Source: an uncultured Solirubrobacterales bacterium
Lineage (GTDB): Bacteria; Actinomycetota; Thermoleophilia; Solirubrobacterales; 70-9
Assembly (NCBI GenBank): GCA_963767285.1
Contig: CAVYDJ010000003.1
Location: forward strand, 365,049-429,048
Direction: 5' to 3'
Length of the DNA stretch: 64,000 bases
Made by a program: the position numbers and the translations under genes. Positions 26,315 to 35,141 of the stretch are shown here, piece by piece (position 1 is the stretch's first letter; the number at the start of each line of letters is the position of its first letter). The notes below the pieces were generated by a model, which had not been told where the DNA came from, ran no database searches, and saw only the letters and a list, made by a program, of their open reading frames with translations.

Positions 26315-27604
26315 TCATCGATCCACCCCGCCGAGGATCGGATCCAACATCCCGAGGTTCTGGATCAGGTCGGCGACGTACCCGCCGATGCACATGTCGC
26401 GCAGGCTCTGGAGGTTGACGAACGAGGGGTCCCGGAAGTGGACCCGGGCCGGCTTCGCCGAGCCGTCGGCGAGGATGTAACAGCCGAGCTCGCCGCGCGG
26501 CGACTCGATCGGGTTGTAGATCTCGCCCGGCGGAACGCGGAAGCCCTCGGTGACGAGCTTGAAGTGATGGATCAGCGCCTCCATCGAAATCGCGAGCTCC
26601 TCGCGCGGCGGCAGCACGACCTTGCGGTCGTCGGCGATCCACGGTCCCTCGGGCAGCCCGTCGAGGCACTGCTCGATGATCCGCACCGACTCGCGCATCT
26701 CCTGCATCCGGCAGCGGTAGCGGTCATAGCCGTCGCCGACCGTGCCGACCGGGATCTTGAAGTCGACGTCGCCGTAGGCGAGGTAGGGGGCGGCCTTGCG
26801 GAGGTCCCACGGCTCGCCCGAGGCGCGCAGCAGCGGCCCGGTCACACCGAGCTCGAGCAACCGCTCGCGGGGAACGATCCCGACCCCTTTCGTCCGCGAC
26901 AGCCAGATCTCGTTGCGGTCGACCAGCGCCTCGTACTGGCTGATCCGGGTCGGCATGTCGTCCAGGAAGGCGCGGAGCTTCTTCTCGAACCCGACCGGGA
27001 TGTCCTCGAAGACCCCGCCGACCTGGAAGTAGCGGGTGTGCATCCGCTGGCCGGTCGACATCTCGAACAGGTCGATGATCGTGTCGCGCTCGCGCAGCGC
27101 GTACCAGAGCATCGAAACCGCGCCCAGGTCAAGCGCCGTAGTCCCGAGCCAGAACAGGTGCGAGTGGATCCGGTTGAGCTCGAGGTGGATCATCCGCAGG
27201 TACTTCGCGCGGGGCGGGATCTCGAGCTCGAGCATCCGCTCGACGGCGCCGCAGAAGGCCTCCATGTTGAAGAAGTAGGACAGGTAGTCCATCCGCTCGA
27301 TGAACGGGATCACCTTCCAGTAGCTCTTGTCCTCGCAGCTCTTCTCGATCCCGGTGTGGACGTAGCCGACGATCGGCTTGAGGTCGATCACCTCCTCGCC
27401 CTGGAGGCTGACCAGCAGGCGCAGCACCCCGTGCGTGGCGGGGTGGTGCGGCCCCATGTTCACGGTCATCAACTCGTGCTCGGGCTCGAGGGTCTCCCCG
27501 GCCTCGGTGGTCTCGATCGGCGAGGTGCCGATCACCGTTGCCGTCGTCGCGGCGATCACGTCCCCGCCCCTTGCCGGCGCGCTGCCTACTTCCTCGACCG
27601 CCAC
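26315..27604 (-). CDS. nuoD: NADH-quinone oxidoreductase subunit D
   Basis: MTVNMGPHHPATHGVLRLLVSLQGEEV...GGVDR C-terminus. GTG 27604 overlaps the nuoC stop by 1 nt (TAGTG); an alternative GTG lies about 45 nt downstream. Confidence 0.88.
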   Translation of the reverse strand: MAVEEVGSAPARGGDVIAATTATVIGTSPIETTEAGETLEPEHELMTVNMGPHHPATHGVLRLLVSLQGEEVIDLKPIVGYVHTGIEKSCEDKSYWKVIPFIERMDYLSYFFNMEAFCGAVERMLELEIPPRAKYLRMIHLELNRIHSHLFWLGTTALDLGAVSMLWYALRERDTIIDLFEMSTGQRMHTRYFQVGGVFEDIPVGFEKKLRAFLDDMPTRISQYEALVDRNEIWLSRTKGVGIVPRERLLELGVTGPLLRASGEPWDLRKAAPYLAYGDVDFKIPVGTVGDGYDRYRCRMQEMRESVRIIEQCLDGLPEGPWIADDRKVVLPPREELAISMEALIHHFKLVTEGFRVPPGEIYNPIESPRGELGCYILADGSAKPARVHFRDPSFVNLQSLRDMCIGGYVADLIQNLGMLDPILGGVDR

Positions 27605-28179
27605 TACTCCTCCGACCAGCCCGGAGCCGAGCGCTCGTTGTGGGTGAAGATCACCGGCTCGCCGCCGATCGGGAAGTCGCGGCGCTGCGGCCACCCGACG
27701 TAGACCTCCGGCATCAGGATCCGGCGCAGGTCCGGGTGGCCGCGGAAGAAGATCCCGAAGAAGTCGTAGACCTCGCGCTCCTGGAAGTCGGCGGTCGGGA
27801 ACAGCGGCACGCAGCTCTCGATCGACGGCAGCAGCATCCCGTCGACCTCCTCGGTCTCCCCGGTCGACGGTCCGGAGGGCGCGCCGGGATCGGGGATCGC
27901 CGCCCGCACCCGGATCCGCTCGACCCGGTCGCGGTTGAGGAGCTCGTAGTGGACCCCGAAGCGCGGCTCGGCCGGCAGGTAGTCGACGCCGTGGAGGCTC
28001 GCGAGGAACCTGTACTCCTGGCCCGGCGTATCCCGCAGCCAGCGCAGCACCTCGAGGACCTGGTCGGGGTCGACGATCAGGCACGCCTGTCCGTGCTCGT
28101 GGTAGGTGCCGAGGACGCTGTCGGGGTGGGCGTCGCGCAGCTCGCCGGCGATCAGCTCGAGGCCGGGCGCGTCAGGCAC
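27604..28179 (-). CDS. nuoC: NADH-quinone oxidoreductase subunit C
   Basis: FPTADFQEREVYDFFGIFFRGHPDLRRILMP signature. Start GTG 28179 (MPDAPGLELIAGEL) chosen because upstream codons lie within repeat copy F. Confidence 0.85.
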   Translation of the reverse strand: MPDAPGLELIAGELRDAHPDSVLGTYHEHGQACLIVDPDQVLEVLRWLRDTPGQEYRFLASLHGVDYLPAEPRFGVHYELLNRDRVERIRVRAAIPDPGAPSGPSTGETEEVDGMLLPSIESCVPLFPTADFQEREVYDFFGIFFRGHPDLRRILMPEVYVGWPQRRDFPIGGEPVIFTHNERSAPGWSEE

Positions 28180-28183
28180 GGTC

Positions 28184-28235
28184 AGAACAACTCCCGCGGC
28201 TGCTCGGCTTCGCCTCCGCTGCCGCGGGGTGCGGG
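28184..28235 (+). repeat. nuo-operon repeat, copy F (nuoB-nuoC spacer), most diverged
   Basis: Plus strand reads AGAACAACTCCCGCGGCTGCTCGGCTTCGCCTCCGCTGCCGCGGGGTGCGGG. It shares GAACAACTCCCGC with copy C and CTCGGCTTCGCCTCC with A and B. Confidence 0.65.
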
Positions 28236-28274
28236 CCGACGCCCACACAGGCGACTGGGACGGCAGCTTCGTCG

Positions 28275-28997
28275 CTACTTCGCATCGCGCACCGCCTCAC
28301 GCGCCTGCGCGTAAGCCGCCTCGGCCGCCTCGGAAGGCTGGCCGGCGATCACGTCGTCGCGCGCCCATTCCTCGGTGCCGATCGCGTTGTAGCGGCGGCG
28401 CCAGCCCATGTCCGGGTGCCCCTGGATCTGGTGCTGCAGCTTGCCGAAGCCGTAGAAGAGCGCCTCGGGTCGGGGCGGACAGCCGGGCACGTGGATGTCG
28501 ACCGGCATGAACTTGTCGGCGCCCTGGACGACCGCGTAGTTGGCGAACATCCCTCCCGACGAGGAGCAGGCGCCCATCGAGATCGCCCACCGCGGCTCGA
28601 GCATCTGGTCGTAGAGGCGGCGGATGACCGGCGCCATCTTGATCGAGACGCGGCCCGACAGGATGATGAAGTCGGCCTGGCGCGGCGAGGCCCGCAGCGC
28701 CTCCGCCCCGAACCGCGCCTGGTCGTTGCGGGGGGACCCGACCGCGGCGATCATCTCGATCGCACAGCAGGCGAGCCCGAACGTCAGCGGGAACATCGAG
28801 TTCGAGGCTCCCCAGGCGAGCAGCTTCTCGAACGACGTCGTCAGCACCGCCTGCGAGACGTGCTCCTCGAGGTCCTCATCGGGGAGGTCGCCGCGAAGCA
28901 GGTCGCGGGCGCGCAGCTGGCGGACCCGCAGGTGCTCGGGGGAGCCCGGCTCGGCGAGCGGGGACAGCGCCCGCAGCTTCTCGCGCCTTACCTCCAA
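28275..28997 (-). CDS. nuoB: NADH-quinone oxidoreductase subunit B
   Basis: [10 protein letters not shown]...[16 protein letters not shown]...[11 protein letters not shown]...[13 protein letters not shown]3 stays coding-like up to TTG 28997 (10-nt overlap with nuoA), so the start is provisional. Confidence 0.85.
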   Translation of the reverse strand: MEVRREKLRALSPLAEPGSPEHLRVRQLRARDLLRGDLPDEDLEEHVSQAVLTTSFEKLLAWGASNSMFPLTFGLACCAIEMIAAVGSPRNDQARFGAEALRASPRQADFIILSGRVSIKMAPVIRRLYDQMLEPRWAISMGACSSSGGMFANYAVVQGADKFMPVDIHVPGCPPRPEALFYGFGKLQHQIQGHPDMGWRRRYNAIGTEEWARDDVIAGQPSEAAEAAYAQAREAVRDAK

Positions 28998-29353
28998 TCG
29001 AGCGCACCCCGGCGCCAGACGTAGCCCAGCGCGACGAGCAGCAGCGTCACGAAGATCAGCAGCTCGACGAGTACGAAGACCGAGTCGGCCGCCTGGAAGA
29101 TCACCCCGACCGGATAGAGGAAGACGACCTCGATGTCGAACAGGATGAAGAGCATCGCGATCATGTAGAAGCTGACCCCGAAGCGGAAGGTTCGGGAGAC
29201 CTCGCTCGGCAGCCCGCACTCGTACGGCTCGGTCTTCACCGAGCGGCCGCGGACGCCCTTGCGGCCGATGATCACGTTCAGCAGGGCGAAGGCCCCGCCG
29301 ACGATCGCGCCGAGGGCGATAAAGACGAGGACGGGCAGGTAACTCTCCAGCAC
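28988..29353 (-). CDS. nuoA: NADH-quinone oxidoreductase subunit A
   Basis: 121 aa, three TM helices, EPYECGLP and [13 protein letters not shown] signatures. Confidence 0.9.
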   Translation of the reverse strand: MLESYLPVLVFIALGAIVGGAFALLNVIIGRKGVRGRSVKTEPYECGLPSEVSRTFRFGVSFYMIAMLFILFDIEVVFLYPVGVIFQAADSVFVLVELLIFVTLLLVALGYVWRRGALDWR

Positions 29354-29458
29354 GAGCCCCCGAGTTCTATCCGAGTTTGTGATGGGTTGCTACATAGTGA
29401 GCTTCCGCATCAGAAAGCCGAAATCCCGACCTCGTTCGTCTGCTTTGATCCTCCGGCG

Positions 29459-29896
29459 ATGGAGACCCTCCACCTGGTCGTCGGCGTCGGCGTCCTGATC
29501 ACGAACCTCGCCGCCGGCGTCGTCGGCGCGATCGCCTGGCTGCGGCGCGAGCCGAGCGTGCCGTTCTGGTACCTGCTGCGGGTCGCCCAGGCCGCCGTCG
29601 TCCTCCAGGTGCTGCTCGGGACGATCCTCCTTCTGCTCGGCCACGAGTCGCCCGACGACTTGCACTACGTCTACGGCGTGCTGCCGCTGCTGATCACCCT
29701 GCTCGCCGAGGCGGCCCGCGTCGGCGCGGCCGAGCGCGAGCTCGAGGGGGTCGACTTCGACTCGCTGCCGAAGGACCGCCAGCAACGCTTCGCGCTCGCG
29801 ATCGTGCGCCGCGAGACCGGGATCATGGCGGTCTCGGCGCTGGTCGTCTTCGGGCTCGCGCTGCGTGCCGCAGGCACGAGCGGGGCCCTGTTCTGA
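29459..29896 (+). CDS. Hypothetical 4-TM membrane protein
   Basis: METLHLVVGVGVLITNLAAGVVGAIAWL... Divergent from nuoA. ATG 29459 preferred over the ORF start at 29387. Confidence 0.55.
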   Translation: METLHLVVGVGVLITNLAAGVVGAIAWLRREPSVPFWYLLRVAQAAVVLQVLLGTILLLLGHESPDDLHYVYGVLPLLITLLAEAARVGAAERELEGVDFDSLPKDRQQRFALAIVRRETGIMAVSALVVFGLALRAAGTSGALF

Positions 29897-30116
29897 TCGC
29901 GCCGTGCAAGTTGGCCAGATGTTTCGTAAACGACCGCGACTTCTGTGCCGATGGGTGTTACGAGATGCAGATGGGCGATCAAGCCACCAAGCGAGCACAG
30001 ACGCAGACTCGGACACGCGGTGCGACGAGCACACAGAATCCGGCTGAGATCGCCAGGCGCGAGCTGATCGCCTGGTGTCAGGCGCACCAGCTCCCGGTCC
30101 CCGCCGAGCGCCAGCC

Positions 30117-30593
30117 TCAGTCCAGCGGCCGGTAGCCGCCCGCGAAGAAGACCAGCGGGTCGCCGCCCTCCCCGCCGGCTTCGAGCACCTCGCCGATCGC
30201 GACCTCGTGATCGCCGCCCGGGTGCAGCTCGCGCAACGCGCAGGCGACCCAGGCGACGGCGCCGTCGAGGATCGGAACCCCGGACCGCTCGCTCCAGCCC
30301 GCGTCGCGGAACTTCTCGGTGTGGGGCGCCTTCGAGGCGAACCCGCGGGCGATCGCCTCCTGGTCACCGGCCAGGACGCTGACCCCGAAGGCACCGCCGG
30401 CGCGGAGCACATCGAGCGTCCGCGAGCCGCAGTCCAGACAGGCCAGCATGAGCGGCGGATCGAGCGAGAGCGAGGTGACAGCGTTGGCGGTCGCCCCCGC
30501 CGGGCCCTCGGATCCGGCGGCCGTGACCACGGTCACCGCGCTCGGGGCGAGCGCCATCACGCTGCGTAGCTGGTCGGGTGTCGGCGCGGGCAC
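30117..30593 (-). CDS. Flavin reductase domain protein (HpaC/NADH:FMN oxidoreductase-like)
   Basis: LRSVMALAPSAVTVVTA...ANAVTSLSLDPPLMLACLD...VPILDGAVAWVACAL. GTG 30593 is provisional; the remaining 300 upstream codons of the ORF are antisense to cytochrome c/serS. Confidence 0.7.
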   Translation of the reverse strand: MPAPTPDQLRSVMALAPSAVTVVTAAGSEGPAGATANAVTSLSLDPPLMLACLDCGSRTLDVLRAGGAFGVSVLAGDQEAIARGFASKAPHTEKFRDAGWSERSGVPILDGAVAWVACALRELHPGGDHEVAIGEVLEAGGEGGDPLVFFAGGYRPLD

Positions 30594-30620
30594 TGGGTCG
30601 AAAAGTATGATGCCGCCGCG

Positions 30621-31049
30621 GTGCGACCCCTTCTCGCCCTCACAGTTGCGATCGTCGCTGCGCTGGCCTTTGCGGCCTGCGGCACCGAGGGCATCCAGCT
30701 TGCGGACGACGATCCCAACTACGACGGGGCGGTGCTGTTCTCCGAGCGCTGCGGCGGCTGCCACACGCTGACCGCCGCCGGCACCCAGGGCTCGGCCAAC
30801 CGCCAGCTCCGCAATCAGGGACCGAACCTGGACGAACGGGTCGAGAGCTCGGAGGACGTGATCTACGCGATCCGCAACGGCGGCTTCTCGGGCGCGATCA
30901 TGCCGCAGAACATCCTCGTCGGCGACGAGGCGCAGGCGGTCGCCGATTTCGTCGCCGAGTACTCGGGCACCGAGATTGATCGCCCGGTTCAGCCCGGCGA
31001 CGCGAGCGAGCTCCAGTCGGACGAGGAAGCGGCCGCCGCCGGCGGCTAG
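30621..31049 (+). CDS. Membrane-anchored (lipoprotein) class I cytochrome c
   Basis: Lipobox LAFAAC. Haem-binding CGGCH. Distal Met region GAIMPQN. Confidence 0.8.
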   Translation: MRPLLALTVAIVAALAFAACGTEGIQLADDDPNYDGAVLFSERCGGCHTLTAAGTQGSANRQLRNQGPNLDERVESSEDVIYAIRNGGFSGAIMPQNILVGDEAQAVADFVAEYSGTEIDRPVQPGDASELQSDEEAAAAGG

Positions 31050-31067
31050 CCCTCGGACGCGCGCACG

Positions 31068-32333
31068 GTGCTCGACCTCCGCGCGATCCGTGAGGACCCC
31101 GAGCCGGCCCGCGCCGCGCTCGCCCGCCGCGGTGCCGCGGAGCAGCTCGACGAGCTGCTGACGCTCGACGCACGACGACGCGAGCTGCTGCCCGAGGTCG
31201 AGGGGCGCCGGGCTGCCCAGAACGCGGCGTCGGACGAGATCGCGACCGCGAAGCGCGAGGGCGGCGACGCGAGCGAGGTGATCGAGCGGATGAAGGCGGT
31301 CTCCGCCGAGCTGAAGACGATGCAGGCCGAGCTGACCGAGGTCGAGGAGCGCCGCGACGCGCTCGCCGGAACGCTGCCCAACATCCCTCACCCGGACGCC
31401 CCGGAGGGTGGCGAGGACGACGCGGTCACGCTCCGCGAGGTCGGCGAGCCGCCGAGCTTCGATTTCGAGGTCCGCGACCACCTCGACCTCGGCCTCGAGC
31501 ACGGCTGGATCGAGATGGAGAAGGCGGCCGAGGCCTCGGGCTCGCGGTTCGCCTACCTGCTCGGCGACCTGGTGATGGTGGAGCTGGCGCTGATCCGGCT
31601 CGCCGTCGACATGGTGCGTGCCGAGGGCTTCGAGCCCGTGGTGCCTCCCGTCCTGGTCCGCGAGGGCCCGCTGCGGGGGACCGGGTTCTTCCCCGGCGAG
31701 CGGGAGATGATCTACGAGGTCGAGCGCGACGAGCTGTTCCTGGTCGGGACCTCGGAGGTCTCACTGGCCGCGCTGCACGCGGACGAGATCCTCGAGGCGG
31801 CAGACGTCCCGCGCCGCTACGCCGGGATCTCCACCTGCTTCCGGCGCGAGTCCGGGGCGGGCGGCAAGGACACCCGCGGGATCTTCCGCGTCCATCAGTT
31901 CGACAAGGTCGAGATGTTCTCGTTCGTGCGCCCGGAGGACTCGACCGCCGAGCACGAGCGCATCCTCGCGATCGAGGAGCGGATCCTCGGCGCGCTCGAG
32001 ATCCCCTACCGCGTGGTCGACATCGCGCTCGGCGACCTCGGCGCTCCGGCGGCCCGCAAGTTCGACTGCGAGGCCTGGATCCCGAGCCAGGGCCGTTACC
32101 GCGAGCTGACCTCGTGCTCGAACACGACCGATTACCAGGCCCGCAGACTCGGCGCGCGCTTCCGGCCGGAGCCGGAGGCGCCCCCCGAGGTTCTTCATAC
32201 GCTGAACGGGACGGCGGTCGCCGTCAGCCGCACCCTGATCGCGCTGATCGAGAACGGCCAGCGGGCGGACGGGTCAGTCCGGCTGCCGGCCGCGCTGGTT
32301 GCGGCCGGGGCGCCGGAGCTGATCGGGGCCTAG
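31068..32333 (+). CDS. serS: Seryl-tRNA synthetase
   Basis: N-terminal coiled-coil arm [12 protein letters not shown]... Class II motifs [21 protein letters not shown] and [18 protein letters not shown]. Confidence 0.93.
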   Translation: MLDLRAIREDPEPARAALARRGAAEQLDELLTLDARRRELLPEVEGRRAAQNAASDEIATAKREGGDASEVIERMKAVSAELKTMQAELTEVEERRDALAGTLPNIPHPDAPEGGEDDAVTLREVGEPPSFDFEVRDHLDLGLEHGWIEMEKAAEASGSRFAYLLGDLVMVELALIRLAVDMVRAEGFEPVVPPVLVREGPLRGTGFFPGEREMIYEVERDELFLVGTSEVSLAALHADEILEAADVPRRYAGISTCFRRESGAGGKDTRGIFRVHQFDKVEMFSFVRPEDSTAEHERILAIEERILGALEIPYRVVDIALGDLGAPAARKFDCEAWIPSQGRYRELTSCSNTTDYQARRLGARFRPEPEAPPEVLHTLNGTAVAVSRTLIALIENGQRADGSVRLPAALVAAGAPELIGA

Positions 32334-32734
32334 CTCTCGTCCTTCGGGTCGAAGTCCAGCGAGCAGCTGTTGATGCAGTAGCGCAGCCCGGTCGGGTTCG
32401 GCCCGTCGTCGAAGACGTGGCCGAGGTGGCCGCCGCAGCGCTTGCAGACGACCTCGGTGCGCTTCATGAACAGGCTGTTGTCCGGCCGGCTCTCGACCGT
32501 CTCGTGATCCATCGGGTCGAAGAAGCTCGGCCAGCCGGTGCCGGAATCGAACTTCGTGTCCGAGTCGAACAGCTCGGCGCCGCAGCCCTTGCAGCGGTAC
32601 ACGCCGTCTTCGTGGTTGTCCCAGTAATCACCGGTGAAGGCGCGCTCGGTGCCCTGCTCGCGGAGCACGTGATACTCCTCGGGCGAAAGCTCCGCCTTCC
32701 ACTCGGCCTCCGTCTTTTCGACCTTCTCCATCAC
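32330..32734 (-). CDS. msrB: Peptide-methionine (R)-S-oxide reductase
   Basis: [11 protein letters not shown]...GWPSF...[12 protein letters not shown]...RYCINS. Confidence 0.93.
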   Translation of the reverse strand: MMEKVEKTEAEWKAELSPEEYHVLREQGTERAFTGDYWDNHEDGVYRCKGCGAELFDSDTKFDSGTGWPSFFDPMDHETVESRPDNSLFMKRTEVVCKRCGGHLGHVFDDGPNPTGLRYCINSCSLDFDPKDES

Positions 32735-32757
32735 TTGTCTCCTAGGTTAGTGCGCTG

Positions 32758-33549
32758 ATGTCCTCTGCCTTTTATGTCCCCGATGGGGGTGAATTCGTTT
32801 CATCGGAGCTCACCCGTGGGCCGTGGGATCCGGGCGCCCAGCACGCCGGGCCGCCCGCGGCGTTGATCGCGCGCGAGCTGGAGCGCGCCACGCCGGCGGG
32901 ATGGTTCCTTGGCAGGGTCACCTTCGAGGTCCTCCGCCCGGTGCCGATCGCTCCACTCCGCGTGGAGACGCAGGTCCTGCGGCCGGGGCGCTCGGTCGAG
33001 TTGCTTGGCGCCACTCTGCGCGACCGTTCCGGCGAGGCGCTGGTCCGGGCCTCGGCCTGGCGGCTGGCCGAGCGCGAGACCGAGATCCCGTCCGGACTGC
33101 CGTGTCCCAAGCCGCTTCCGGGCCCCGACGAGGCCGAGGAGAAGCCGTTCTTCGACACCGGCTGGGACGTCGGGTACCACACGGCGATGGAGTACCGGTT
33201 CGTCGCCGGCTCGTTCCGCGAGCTCGGCCCGGCCACCGTCTGGATGCGGATGCGCCAGCCGCTGGTCGCCGGCGAGGAGCCGAGCCCGCTGCAGCGCGTG
33301 CTCGCCGCCGCCGACTCGGGGAACGGGGTCAGCGCCACCCTCGACCTCGCGCGTTACATCTTCATCAACGTGGACCTCACGGTCCACCTGCACCGGCTGC
33401 CGGAAGGGGAGTGGGTCTGTCTCGACGCGATCACGCTGCCGGAGCCGAACGGCGTCGGGATGTCGGACACGGCGCTGCACGACGAGCGGGGCCAGATCGG
33501 GCGGGCGCTGCAGACTTTGCTCGTCCGCGCACGCGAAATTTCCGATTAG
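32758..33549 (+). CDS. Acyl-CoA thioesterase-like (double hot-dog) family protein
   Basis: TRGPWDPGAQHAGPPAALIAREL...VTFEVLRPVP pattern typical of the TesB-like/thioesterase-superfamily group. Assigned from memory. Confidence 0.6.
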   Translation: MSSAFYVPDGGEFVSSELTRGPWDPGAQHAGPPAALIARELERATPAGWFLGRVTFEVLRPVPIAPLRVETQVLRPGRSVELLGATLRDRSGEALVRASAWRLAERETEIPSGLPCPKPLPGPDEAEEKPFFDTGWDVGYHTAMEYRFVAGSFRELGPATVWMRMRQPLVAGEEPSPLQRVLAAADSGNGVSATLDLARYIFINVDLTVHLHRLPEGEWVCLDAITLPEPNGVGMSDTALHDERGQIGRALQTLLVRAREISD

Positions 33550-33598
33550 TGCCTGCTGCCACCCAATCGGGTGGGCGGCGGTAGGCTTTGCCGGGGTC

Positions 33599-34237
33599 AT
33601 GGGGTCTATCAGCATCGTGCTAGCGGACGATCACGCAGTGGTGCGCAGCGCCCTGCGTTTGCTTCTCGACGCCGAGGAGGACTTCGAGGTCGTCGCGGAG
33701 GCCGGCGACATCGGAGAGGCGGTCCGCTACACGCGCGGCCACAAGCCCGACGTCCTGATCCTCGACCTCAACATGCCCGGGGGCCCGAGCATCGGGGCCG
33801 TACCGGAGCTCCGCGATGCCTCGTCGGGGACCGGCATCGTGGTCCTGACGATGGAGACCGAGCCCGCGTTCGCCCGTCAGGCGCTGCTGACCGGCGTGCT
33901 CGGCTACGTCCTCAAGGAGGCCGTCGACGAGGAGCTGGTCACCGCCGTGCGCCTTGCCGCCGACGGACGCACCTACCTGCAGCCGGAGCTCGGCGCGAAG
34001 CTCGCCGCGGACCCCGGCGAGACACCCGACGGACTCTCGGATCGCGAGCTCGACGTGCTGCGGTTGATCGCGCTCGGCCATACCAACTCCGAGATCGCCG
34101 ACGAGCTCTTCCTGAGCGTCCGCACGGTCGAGTCCCATCGCGCCCACATCCAGCAGAAGCTGCAGCTCACCAAGCGCTCCGAGCTGGTCCGTTACGCCCT
34201 CGGCCGCGGACTGCTCGAGGCCGCCGAGTCCGGCTGA
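33599..34237 (+). CDS. NarL/LuxR-family response regulator (no adjacent kinase)
   Basis: Receiver domain (IVLADDHAVVR...DVLILDLNMPG). C-terminal LuxR HTH (LSDRELDVLRLIALGHTNSEIADELFLSVRTVESHRAHI). Confidence 0.9.
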   Translation: MGSISIVLADDHAVVRSALRLLLDAEEDFEVVAEAGDIGEAVRYTRGHKPDVLILDLNMPGGPSIGAVPELRDASSGTGIVVLTMETEPAFARQALLTGVLGYVLKEAVDEELVTAVRLAADGRTYLQPELGAKLAADPGETPDGLSDRELDVLRLIALGHTNSEIADELFLSVRTVESHRAHIQQKLQLTKRSELVRYALGRGLLEAAESG

Positions 34238-34262
34238 CCGCCAGGCGGGGGAGAATCCCCGC

Positions 34263-34742
34263 GTGCGCAACGAGCGGATAGCCCAGCGGGCCGCACGGGC
34301 GGTCTACGGATCGATCATCGCCCTGGCCGTGATCGTCGTCCTCGACAAGGGCGGCGCCGAGGCCGACGAGGTGATTGCCGCCGTGATCGGCTCGGTGATC
34401 GCGGCCACGCTCGCCGAGCAGTACGCGGAGTACATCGCCCACGTGATCCGCGAGTGCCGGCATCTGACCCGCCCCGAGATCGTCCTACAGGCCAAGGACG
34501 GCGCCGCCGGCGCGCTCGCGGCGCTGGTGCCGATCCTCCCGTTCCTCGCCGTCCAGTTCAACTGGATCGAGACTCCGACCGCCTATGAGATCGCTCCCTG
34601 GCTCGGCCTCGGCGTGATCGGGTTCTACTCGCTGGTGGCCAATCGCGAGGCGGGCCTGCGCGGGGGCACGAACCTTGCGGTGACCGCCGTCGCCGTCGCG
34701 ATCGGGGTGACCCTGATCGTGATCAAGACGATCACGCACTAG
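34263..34742 (+). CDS. Hypothetical integral membrane protein
   Basis: 4 hydrophobic segments. GTG start. High GC3. Confidence 0.55.
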   Translation: MRNERIAQRAARAVYGSIIALAVIVVLDKGGAEADEVIAAVIGSVIAATLAEQYAEYIAHVIRECRHLTRPEIVLQAKDGAAGALAALVPILPFLAVQFNWIETPTAYEIAPWLGLGVIGFYSLVANREAGLRGGTNLAVTAVAVAIGVTLIVIKTITH

Positions 34743-34781
34743 GCAATAGAGTCGGGCCTCTCACTCGAAAGGAGATTCGCG

Positions 34782-35141
34782 ATGGGATTCATGGACAAGC
34801 TGAAGGGGGCCGCGGAGTCGGTCCAGGCGCAGACGAGCAAGGTCGGGGTCGGCGCCGACCGCGGCCAGATGGACCTCGCCAACCGGGCGAAGAAGCTGAT
34901 GAACTCGGGCGTCGACACGCCGGCGACGATCGACTCGATGGAGCCGACGGGTGCCACCGACACGCCGGGCGGCGCCGAGAACGTGATCACGGTGACCGCG
35001 AATCCGGGCGGCGCCGAGGCTCGCCAGCTGACCTTCAACCAGTACATCTACCCGGCCGCCCCGTTCAGCGTGGGCGATTCGGTGACGCTCAAGGTCGATC
35101 CGGACGATCCGAGCGTCGCGATGATCTTCAACAAGGCCTGA
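34782..35141 (+). CDS. Hypothetical small soluble protein
   Basis: Strong RBS GAAAGGAG 8 nt upstream of ATG 34782. Its stop overlaps the next ATG (TGATG). Confidence 0.6.
   Translation: MGFMDKLKGAAESVQAQTSKVGVGADRGQMDLANRAKKLMNSGVDTPATIDSMEPTGATDTPGGAENVITVTANPGGAEARQLTFNQYIYPAAPFSVGDSVTLKVDPDDPSVAMIFNKA

Noticed and set aside
29897-30135. 74-codon ORF 29911..30135 in the GC-poorer 220-bp gap between two convergent genes, plus the hairpin CCAGGCG-N9-CGCCTGG
   Set aside because: GC3 is weaker than in real genes here. There is no RBS or motif, and the ORF overlaps the flavin-reductase 3' end. The hairpin lacks a U-tract. Most likely a non-coding convergent spacer, though a small RNA cannot be excluded.
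31050-31067. T-box or other leader upstream of serS
   Set aside because: Only 18 nt separate serS from the cytochrome c gene, which leaves no room for a leader RNA.
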